DNA from: Antedon mediterranea
Taxonomy: Eukaryota; Animalia; Echinodermata
Direction: 5' to 3'
Assembly: GCF_964355755.1 (NCBI RefSeq)
Contig: NC_092675.1
Coordinates: 5,389,812-5,453,811, forward strand
Length of the DNA: 64,000 nucleotides
Below are positions 53,669 to 64,000 of the stretch, in pieces. The position numbers and the translations under genes were made by a program. Within the stretch, counting starts at the first letter, position 1. Each line of letters begins with the position of its first letter. Under the pieces are notes generated by a model. That model made no database searches. It worked only from the letters and a program-made list of their open reading frames with translations, and was not told where the DNA came from.

Positions 53669-56570
53669 TCACATTGCGTTGTCGTCGGCAAGGATAGAAT
53701 CCTGGCATTCATACATTGTAGTTGTTGTCATAAAAGAACTGTTTCTGGACGCATTGCGTTTTCCTGATGACGTACTGTGCATACTCATCATTGTAAAGTT
53801 TCCAGTTCTACTTCGAATGACAGATTTGGAGGTTTCTGGTGGTTGAACTAGATGCACACAGGGGAGCCATCTGAAAACATACTGAAATCCCTTTCGAAAT
53901 CTGGAAAAATGTAAGTAAATAACTTGATAGATAGTCATATGGAACACATATTATACATGGACATATATTATTGTAAGATTAAATATAATATATGACACTA
54001 TTGGCCAATCGGTTTTAGGCCTATTCTGTAATATTAGGGAGCTTTCGATTTGCGAAGACTGACGACCAAACTACGTGTTAATTGGGAATAAAGAGTTTTT
54101 ATACGTTTTGAAATAAAATTTGGTATCACCGACATATTCGGTTTATATCCCAGTAAGTATTGTTGATTTTTTTCGATACTTGTGCGCAAGTGGAGATATT
54201 GGGATGTGTGTCCTCGCTCCCCACCTCGACAAAGGTTTGATGGTTTAGGCCCAGACGACGATCGACTATTAATCGATTGACATTACCAGTCATCGCAAAT
54301 CCAAAGTTCACTAATCCCTAATCAACAACTTGACAAGAATTTTAAATACGATTTTACCTGTCATTTAACCAGCAATATATAAACGGATTACACATTGAGT
54401 TACTCATAGACAGCCACCATATAAAATAGAACAGCTTATCTATGTGCGGTACTAAATATAATTCTTTGTACGTATAAACAAGTACATAGTAAACATGTAT
54501 AGGAAGCCAACACAATGCGAATATTGTGATCACTACAACTATCATCTTAACAACCTGTAAGAAAGAGAAATACCAAAATTGGGATTATATTTATAAAAAG
54601 CTTTAGAGGATGTTTCAGTAGTTGAAAATAAAGGATACGACATGGTTCAGTTTCATGCAATGTTTCATTGAAAGCTAACGATTTCATTTCGGAAGTTATT
54701 GTCAAGATTTGATCATTAAAGAAGAATAAGAGTTATTGTCAGGAGAGTTGTCCAGAAAGATTTTCTAATAATGGACTGTATCAGATAAATGATACTATGA
54801 AACTATCAATAAAATGGTGAAAATTGAAAACAACGTAAGAGTATTTTATGATAGATAAATTACGATTTAATGCTAGGTTAAATAGTCTATTAGGCACACA
54901 AACTGACTGAATCTGAATACGATATTTTTCTGCATGATAAATAACAAAGTATTCATAAAAAGGCCTGATCTTACATCAATATTGTGCAACATACATTTAC
55001 CCGCATTGTTTTAATTGAGAATAAAACAGACAGATGTAGGTCAATAACAAGTAGTTTTCGGACTTTATAAAGAACTTTTAGATTGTGATATGATGGAAAG
55101 ATAGAAATCGTAGTTGACACTAATGGAGCGCTTGACGACGCGACCATTACGTTAAGAAAACGAAGATTATTTTTTATACTGAAAACGACCATTTATACAA
55201 CACAAATAAAAAATAAAAATAGCTAATAGTAAACGTTTTGTGAGAAATGAAATGTTGAAAACAATTTTTTTTTATTTTGACCTCATTTTAAATGTTAAGT
55301 TGTAACTGACTGATGGTTATTCCTTTAAGTTATAATTTAGGTACCTACTCTTCTTTTAGCTTCAAGGTGAGGTCTAGGCCTATTAGGAACAGATTCTCCA
55401 GGCATCTGACTTCTCCAAAGCTTTACTCCAATGACGCTGTAACAGGCAGCCATTACACATAATGGTAGCACGTACGTAAAAACCGCAAAGCACATATGAT
55501 ATCTGTTAAAAAAAGGAACACAATTATTATAAAAGTCTTTGAATTCATTTCAAAACTGTTTAAAACGTCCCGATCAATTAGGTAACGCGTTTTAAAATGG
55601 AAACAAATCATGGAAAGCGTAATGTCAATTAGAAAGAAGTTTGAAATAATAAAATATAGAACATTTCAATCTGATTAGTATTATTGCTAGTTAGGCCTAT
55701 AGAACATTTGACATGGCCTCATATTCTATGTATTTATCTATAGAACTCAATGGAACAAGTAACACTTTTTTTTATTATGGTAAATAAATTATAATCCACC
55801 GTCCTCTTTTAGCAGGTAGATGCGGCCTCGCTTTCAACCTACTGTATATCTTTTAATACAATCGTCAAGGGAAATTCAGACGGTCCATGTTCGTGGATAA
55901 ATATCCCTAATAATACTTGTATTAGAAAGGAATATAATATTTACATAAAGTTATCCAATCCCCAGAACTCAGCTCCGTCTGGCCATTTGACATAACATAT
56001 TCTTATCTTTGTATTACTTATTTGGTAAAATAATGTCTCTACAGTGGTGAAGAGAACAACCGGATAAGCAAAGCATGCAGACAGGCTCCAAATTACGACT
56101 ACTACTCCAATAGTTGTCAACCTTGAGAGTCTCGGTTTTAGCGGATAAACAATCGCTCTATAACGGTCCAAAGTTATAGCCACAAGTGAGAGAACTGTTG
56201 CCATTACGCAAAAGTATCCATTTGCGAGACATATTTTACACATTGTTCTGCCAAATATCCAATCCTGTGCTATATTCTGGTAGGATGCAGGAATCATGTT
56301 AAAGGTCGTGTTCAATACATCTGCAACAGCCAGATTGACAAGAAAACAATTGGTGACAGTTCGCATACGTGGATTGGTCAAAACGATCCAAATGACTATG
56401 ATGTTTCCGCCGGCTGCTGTTACAATCGTTGCTATGAAAAGAACTGCCCAGAGGTAAGAGTAGGTGTCTGGTATGAACAGCACTGTTCTATTATATACAG
56501 CATAGTCTCCCGATTGCCACAGCAAATGCGGATCAGAATAGTCATTAGAGTAGTCAATGTCTGACATCAT
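53669..56570 (-). CDS. Tachykinin receptor-like class A GPCR, 4 coding exons, ~402 aa
   Basis: Exons 56570-55945 (GNIIVIWIV, RMRTVTNCFLVNLAVAD, LDRYRAIVYPLKPR), 55502-55349 (YHMC...LWRSQMPGE...AKRR), 54554-54358 (VVKMIVVV...CWLPIH...MSNSMCNPFIYCWLNDR), 53900-53669 (FRKGF, Ser/Thr-rich tail). The three intron positions match vertebrate TACR genes. Acceptor at ~56620 implies an upstream UTR exon. Confidence 0.9.
54036..54313. mobile_element. Diverged Harbinger-like MITE in GPCR intron
   Basis: AGGGAGCTTTCGATTTGCGAAGACTG vs CAGTCATCGCAAATCCAAAGTTCACT imperfect TIRs. Confidence 0.5.
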
Positions 56571-56786
56571 TGAGCTGGTCAAGTATCAGATAACCCATAC
56601 AATAACTCAGTGGCACATTCTGAGAAGAGAATGACAAAACAACGTATAAGTGGAAAAGCAATCACTGACATAGGCCTATATTTGTTTCTTTTTTCTAATG
56701 TAATTTTTTAATGTAAGTGTTTATAATATAAATTCAGAGCACTGGGCAGAAATCACATTGCGTCAATGCCATGGTTGCGGACGTCG

Positions 56787-56820
<34 letters not shown>

Positions 56821-56846
56821 CGTGTCCGGGGATACTATATAATATA

Positions 56847-56919
56847 TATTATTGTTTTAAAAAATGGTTTTGAATTAACATATTATGTTAATTCAAAACC
56901 ATTTTTTAAAACAATAATA
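56847..56919. repeat. Perfect palindrome, 36-bp arms, 1-nt spacer
   Basis: TATTATTGTTTTAAAAAATGGTTTTGAATTAACATA-T-exact reverse complement. Confidence 0.9.
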
Positions 56920-58275
56920 AGAAGACAATTAGTCTTCAACAATTACATTAATTACAACATTCTTGAATGTACTACCTTTTGCTGATGAATTTCCTAAACT
57001 CAGCATATGAGACGATTTTACTGTAAGGCCTATTTATTGAAAGTTGATAACTTTAAAATTTAACATTAGTGTGTATAAGATTAAAACGTTAAATAAATAA
57101 GATATTTTATTGAATTAGCGTGAATGTGTTTCTAATGAATAAATATCTCTCGTTGAGTACACACATCCTTCTGCATTAAATTTTATTGCAATGAACGAAT
57201 AACATTCAACTACTTTATCTTAATCATTTAATTTATAGTGTTCATACTATAATTTGCGTTTATATAAAAATACAGAAGCTGTCGGTTTGATTATAACGTA
57301 TGGTTTTGGTTTCATACCATTGCATTGTCCTTCTTTGGTTTGTAATGTTTAATTCAATTTACCAGAGGAACTTTGAAAAGCAAAGTTCACAAAAAAAAAT
57401 GGAAAAAACATATTTCCATTTCAAAAGCAACAATATGCATCTGCACGAAAGCTTCACGTGTTTCATTTCATACTTTAATATTTTATTTTCAATTTTGAAA
57501 GGTTACTTTTCTTTTTTAAACATTTTTCAAATCATTGTTTTTATATGTACGATTCATGTGAATAAAGTGATTGATTGACCTCTAGGCCTAATCCCCCTGA
57601 TCAATGAACGTGGAATAACTTATCTATAACATTATGAAGGAATATAGGCCTAAAACAGGATATTGTTAAAATTAAATCGGGGTTTCTTTCTCGTAATATG
57701 CTGCTTATATATTCCTTAAATCTTAAATCTAATGTAAAAAACGAAAACTGACAAATTGTATTAGGAAATTACAACCTTGTTAGGTCTGGAAATATGTTTG
57801 GTGTGAAAAAGCATTGAAAGAAATTGTTCGCTTACAATTTTTCAACTATCTAAAACGTCATGTAAATAGCTCCTCGCCAGTTCACATGCTCTAACGATCA
57901 TTTTACATATTTATATACATTTCATAATCCGTGGATCAATAAAATCCTTCTTTTCTGGAATATTGCTTTTATCGAAATAAGACAAGAAACCCTCCGGAGA
58001 CCTGGAATTGCAGGCCAAACTGTGATGTGGGGTACTAGTATTAACCCGATCATTCAGCTTAAGATGGCCAACCTTTGCAGAGTGACCCAGCTTAGAGTTA
58101 TGCATGATGATATCTCAGATTATCTGTGTAAAAATCGCCTAAAATCCACTGAGTAGTTAAAATATATTTTTTCTTTAATGTGTAGATTCCACATTAAAGC
58201 GATAGATTATTTGCTTATGTGATGTCTAATCATGCTTTTTGCTATCTTTCCCTATGTTATTGAAAATGCATCGAG

Positions 58276-58386
58276 TTTTTAGTCGCGTGCAACGCGAATC
58301 TATAGCTCAATATGTCGGTCGGTTGGTCGGTTGATCGGCAAACACTAACTTGAGCACGCGAATGCAGCCATATATATGGCCTTGTT
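58276..58386 (+). mobile_element. Short HINE/DINE-1-like (Helentron-derived) element
   Basis: TTTTTAGTCGCGTG...(GTCG)n...CACGCGA subterminal inverted repeats, GCCATATATATGGC 3' stem-loop, T-run target. Confidence 0.65.
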
Positions 58387-59285
58387 ATATAAAGTGTGTG
58401 GTTTGTTTGAGGAACTGACCCAGGAATGATGGGATAGGTATGATACTGTACGTCGATTAAACTATCACTGGCGCTGAACCGACTCTTATGAAGATATTCC
58501 CAGCTGTTTATTTTTCCAGGTTGTCCACTTTGTATTTCTTAGTTTATTGACACGGTTAAAGGAAATGTTTTCAGGTTTCAAATACAGAGTTTGTGTTAAT
58601 TTATGGACCGTTTCGTTTTGACAAGAATATTCTATCAGTTACCGTATGTATTTTCGTTATCGTCTAGATAGATTGTTAAATATATGATCAAATACATGAT
58701 TTTATTTCATAAAATAAATAAGTTATTCTATAGAATGCAGAAAAGAAGACACAATGGTTAACTTTAAGAATTGCCAGTTGCCAGTTAACACATCAAACGA
58801 AAACTCGTTGCTAACGTTGACGACCAATAAAAGCCGTTAAATAGAAATGTACGTCACGCTATATTGCCTATTTGAACGAGCTTACACAGTCTAATAGAGC
58901 GGTACTATCTTATGACATTCGATTGATCAGAATACATCGGTCTTGGGAATCGATGATGTTACTTATATGTTATAATGAAATGTAAAATGTGTTGAAACAA
59001 CTTCTATGCCAACATTGTTTAAAGAAGATAGACGACAGCTTTTAACGTGAACGCAGCAGTGCGACACAAAAAGCTCTGGCAAACTTACTGAAGTTTGTCG
59101 GACTACACCATACCCGGATGGCCATTAAGTAATGTTATTACGTGAAGCATTGATTGTTAGCCGATTTAGCCTACAGTATCAATTAACTCTATATATGTTT
59201 TCTATTCATTTATTTTATTCAATTTCGTCCATTTAAATTTAGTAATAGTTTAATGTTTCTTAACTGGTATAGGCCTACATTATGA

Positions 59286-60111
59286 TTTTTAGTCGGCGCG
59301 TGGAAGCGACTCTATAGTTCACTATGTCGGTCGGTCGGTCTGTCGGTCTGTCTGTCGGTCTGTCGGTCTGTCGGTCTGTCGGTCCGGTATCACTATGCGT
59401 TTTATTGCTTTCTGACCTTATCTTGATATCAGTTTAATCTAGCTAGGTCAATTTTTCACAGTATATTCCTTATGGCCAGGAATCGATGTGGTTATGTTTT
59501 CACGGTGCGCAATAAAAAAGTACGTGGTCTACGCACGATTTAACGAAATCACGTTTGTAATCATATCTTCACAACCATGAATCACAATTAAATAAAATTT
59601 GGTATTCATAAATTTCAGGGCATAAATCATCATATGGCAATACAATTACGTGCGTAGCGCATGTAACGCATGCGTACGCGCGCTTAAAATTTTCAAAATT
59701 TATTTTCGATGAAATAAGAGTACGTTTCAAGCAATTTTAAGCGTTTACAAAATTGCCATGAGTGCGCATATTTTTGCGCGCGCACTACGCGTTAAATGTT
59801 ATTGCGCACTCTTTTTGCCCGATTTCTGTTTTCTTGACTTACTTTTCAACTCGAAATTACGTTATACGAGCACGTCAAAAGTGACAGGCTATGCACGTGT
59901 AAATTAAAAAAATATAAATGTTTTTAAACATTTTCAACATTTTTAAACATGTTTAGTAATTTCGGTTAGTATAGTTCACTATGTCGGTCGGTCGGTATGT
60001 CTGTCGGTCTGTCGGTCTGTCTGTCGGTCTGTCTGTCGGTCTGTCGGTCTGTCTGTCGGTCCGGTATCACTATGCATTGTAGCACGCGACTTAATGGCTG
60101 TTGGCCTTGTT
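59286..60111 (+). mobile_element. HINE/DINE-1-like (Helentron-derived) element with duplicated (GTCG/GTCT)n microsatellite module
   Basis: TTTTTAGTCG start, two TATAGTTCACTATGTCGGTC..CCGGTATCACTATGC modules, CACGCGACT subterminal repeat, GGCTGTTGGCC stem-loop, T-run. Confidence 0.7.
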
Positions 60112-61276
60112 TTTTATAAAATAAATGTTGATAATCTATCCATCCATCAGTCTATGCATTTATCAAATGCCATTCAATCTTTTTATCCTTTCGTTCATAT
60201 CCAACTATGTCTCCACTTTTTTTCACTAGCCATTTTTCATTCATAATTTCATATTCTCTAGTTAATTAGTATTGCTATCATTTAACGTTGGAATGCAAAT
60301 AACAAAATCAAGAGCCTACAAATTTAGAAATTATGACATTGAAAAACATGGTTATTAAAACAACCAACAACATGAAGTGATCACATATTTCTGATGCATA
60401 TTACGTAATTGATATTAAACCGTATAATTGATTGGATGCTTTTACGTAAGGAAATTTGTACCGTGACGTCACGAATGTCATTTAGTTGTTCGTTACATAT
60501 TACAAATTGAATTGCATGAACTATGCATTATTGTTTTATTGAAGCACTAGTTTTAATAAACCACTTTTACATTCCTGATTCAGTGTCGCTTTCTTCAAAT
60601 ACTTAAAGATCCCCCGCAAAAAATTAAATGAGTATTTGGTTACAGTATCTATAAGAAAGATGAACATGCTATTAATTCAATCTTTAATAATCATTTTCAG
60701 CGAAATTAAAATAATTACGGGGTCTTGTAACATGTATCTATTTATCTATATCTTTGGTTTCTGTGCAACCAAACATTGTGTTATATACAAACAATATTGC
60801 GTGCAAAACATTTCAAGTAGGCCTAACAGTTTTCAAAATATTTTATGGTTTCTTTTCAACGTTTATACTTTTCTTTTATATTATTTTTCACTACTTCTTT
60901 CTGTATTTTACGTTACCCGTAAAAACAATCATATATAAGAATAGTTAGTTTCAGAGTTCACGACATCAATCCAACTTTGCTTCTTTTAGTTACAAAACTA
61001 AAGTTACTGGTTGCTACCGTAATAGTCAGACGTAATGTTTTATACTCGAAATTAAGTTTCTACTTGTTAAGCCCTACATCGTTTCGATCTTCCACATTTC
61101 ACCATTTGCTTCCCTGTATACTTGAACTCGAAATGTAAGTTTCTGCTTGTTAAGCCATTTGCTTTGTTTAGCCACATGTCACAGTTTGCTACTCTTATAG
61201 TTATACTTGTACATCGAACGGTAAGTTTTTTTCTTGCTAACTCACAAAACACACTTATAAGTTTGCTCTCCTTGAG

Positions 61277-61316
61277 GTATCCGATCCGTATCCGATCCGT
61301 ATCCGATCCGTATCCG
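61277..61316. repeat. (TATCCGATCCG)n short tandem repeat
   Basis: 11-bp unit, about 3.5 copies. Confidence 0.8.
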
Positions 61317-62764
61317 CAAGGCGTGTATACACAATCTTTATTCATTCATTTTTTTACTAATATTCAGATATTATTCTGAGCCATATTTCACATTTGTATG
61401 ATTTTGTAATTTAAAAGTTGTCTATGTCAGTATAGTCAATTTGTTGAATTGAAAAGTTTAATTAATTGCCATTATATCATTCTTTAGTCGAATTGCTTAG
61501 ACAAAATTTAAAGATTAACAAACATTGTGAAGGTATTGTTAATCAGTTTTATTCGTGTAATTAATTTATTGATACGATATTGAATGTTGTATAAGAATCA
61601 ATTCCATGAATTAAGACCGTTCTAAGTGCATTGTATACATTACAAACGTCGTAAATTCAGTTACTGTATTTGAAAGGATTAAGGCTATAATGTTATAGTT
61701 TTTAAATTGAAACGCATAAAAGGGCGATGACGAATTAATGTATTTCAAAACGCGATGGTACTGGCCTTGTTCGTAAACACAAAAACATTTTCTACAGTTG
61801 ATAACTTGGATTACATTTGTCATTTAATATATACGTGATGCCAATCAGCTTAGCCCCAACGTGCCTTTGAAAACGCCAAAAAGATTCTAACTCGACGATT
61901 TATTGTAAAACTGTTTTAATAATCGTGATATTTCTCAAAGCGTGTAGATTACAACGATTACACTTGTTTTTTAATAGATACATTAAATGTAATATCATAA
62001 AGTGATTTGACAGGTATTGGCAATATAAGGGATAATAGACTTCATTTAGATTTAATGTGAATTAGGATATCATTGAAAAATACGAACTACATAAATCAGG
62101 ACGGCAACCTTTCAGAAACGTTAAATGATTGCTTATAGAATTAGTTAAATTATTTGCCAATTGCTGTCGAATTGTTTAATCGTCTGCCGATATACTATCG
62201 AATATTGTTTACAACTAGAGTATGAAATAATAATGTATATAACACGCAACATTGCATTAATGGCAGTGGAACTGAATGATATGAAATATGCGTCACATTG
62301 AAATATTTTTTACATGGTTACAACCAATTCCCCCAAAACAACCCTATTCCTTTCCAGAATCAATTCTCTTGGTAAACAAAATTATATAGACCTAGTGGAG
62401 AAACTTTTTGAACACAATAACATATAACGGAATAGATAAAAACCAAACAGTCCACTTCCATTCTTTTCTTCCTATAATAAACACTAAATAAACAAAAATA
62501 CAATCTTCATTATTCTAAAATGTATGATCATTATTTACCTTTCATAGGCGTGTGTTATTGTTGCTTTGATATACTTCCAAGTTGAAAGACAGAAATAGTC
62601 AATCAATATGTGTACGTACATGTATGTGTGTGTTTCGTTTATAATCATTATGTAGTATTTTCTGGTTTTTTTTTCAAATATGATGAAAATACAGTGATGA
62701 CTATGGTGATATTAATAAAGATACATTAATGTCTACACGGATAAAGACAAAGATACGGTAAAGA

Positions 62765-63290
62765 AAGATGTTGATAAGATGTGGTAATGATTGTGAACAA
62801 GTTGATAAAGATGTGGTAATGTTATGAAGATTGATAAGATGTGGTAATGTTGTGGAAATGTTGGTAAAGATGTGGTGATGTTATGAAGATATTGATAAGA
62901 TGTGGCAATGTTGTGGAAATGTTGATAAAGATGTGGTAATGTTATGAAGATATTGATAAGATGGGATAATGTTGTGGAAATGTTGGTAAAGATGTGGTAA
63001 TGTTATGAAGATATTGATAAGATGTGGTAATGTCATGAGGTAATGTTGATAAAGATGTGGTAATGTTATGAAGATATTGATAAGATATGGTAATGTTGTG
63101 GAAATGTTGGTAAATTTGTGGTAATGTTATGAAGATATTGATAAGATGTGGTAATGATTGTGGAAATGTTGGTAAGATGCTGTAATAATTGTGGAAATGT
63201 TGATAAAGATGTGGTAAATGTTACGAAGATATTGATATGATGTGATAATGTTGTGGACATATTGGTAAAGATGTGGTAATGATTGTGGAG
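62765..63290. repeat. Minisatellite of alternating ~30/32-bp units
   Basis: GATAAGATGTGGTAATGTTGTGGAAATGTT / GGTAAAGATGTGGTAATGTTATGAAGATATT alternating; + strand nearly C-free. Confidence 0.9.
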
Positions 63291-64000
63291 CTGATACCAC
63301 AAACAAGAATCGTCCAAGAAGACGTTGATGAAGATGGTTAAAAGAATTAGTATTAGACCTAATAAAGATGTAAACATCTTATGGAAAGAGAAAATACCAA
63401 AAGAATAAAACACTTTTCACAGCCAAGATACCATGGAATCCATGTGGACGCTCTATACACTTAAGCAGGTTTGACTCAGATAAGCAGATGTTAATATTCC
63501 TACTTGCTTCATCGTTATTATCCTTTATCTATGAGCTTATACAGTATAAACGGCAAAATTTACATTTATCTATATATACGTATATACCGGGTAATACCTG
63601 GATTACATTAGCAGAACTAATTGCAATGTAATTTCATGTTCATTTTAACATAGTTCAACGCACCGATGCTCTCCAATGTCTTTCGCAGAAGACATAACTA
63701 GAACAACCGTTGATAAATGCTCTTTTATTATCATTGAGCTCACATTTTCAAAAATCGTCCGAAACGATCGTCATATATATGAACAAGGCTTACTGCTTCA
63801 GTCGAATGGTGTGAGAGCAACAAGCCAACAGATTGGACCAAGAATTGTAATGACTCAACTATATGACGATTTAGCAACGATCAATTTCTACGTGATATTA
63901 ATTAAGCTTCGTTTCGACTATTTTGCGTGCCATAGCACGTGTTGAAGATTAAGGGCGCATCTGCTCTTCGTTCAGTTAAACTTACCTTAAGACAGGCAGC

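Noticed and set aside
56571-56582. TTG start for the GPCR (and GTG start at 37095 for SIRT1) from the ORF track
   Set aside because: Prokaryote-style alternative starts; in-frame ATGs at 56570 and 37083 fit better.
62765-63290. Possible CRISPR-like array or coding ORF 63066-63413
   Set aside because: Units are contiguous with no unique spacers, the context is eukaryotic, and the ORF is a translation of the repeat.

Overview
AT-rich, intron-containing animal genomic DNA, probably a marine invertebrate. An echinoderm or other deuterostome is plausible but not provable from the sequence. Seven protein-coding genes were reconstructed by hand with phase-consistent GT-AG junctions: MARCHF8/MARCH1-like E3 ligase (+), FUT11/POFUT4 (-), MRPS24 (+), SIRT1 (-), DNAJC12 (+), MRPL1 (-) and a tachykinin-receptor-like GPCR (-). 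FUT11/MRPS24 and SIRT1/DNAJC12 are head-to-head pairs, the latter as in human 10q21. Non-coding DNA is dense with non-autonomous mobile elements: three tRNA-derived SINE families, Harbinger-, Kolobok-, hAT-, pogo- and Helitron/Helentron-type elements, an RTE tail, and a Penelope-like fragment with a minimal hammerhead ribozyme. The most unusual signals look like a record of cut-and-paste activity: 23-38 bp CAT...ATG hairpins with exact 7-bp target duplications that resemble P-superfamily excision scars, roughly tenfold excess TACAGTA/TACTGTA (the Tc1/mariner footprint), CTAG/AGGCCT clusters just inside first introns, and a MITE inserted repeatedly into its own centre. No autonomous transposase or novel protein family is evident. 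All counts and alignments are by eye.
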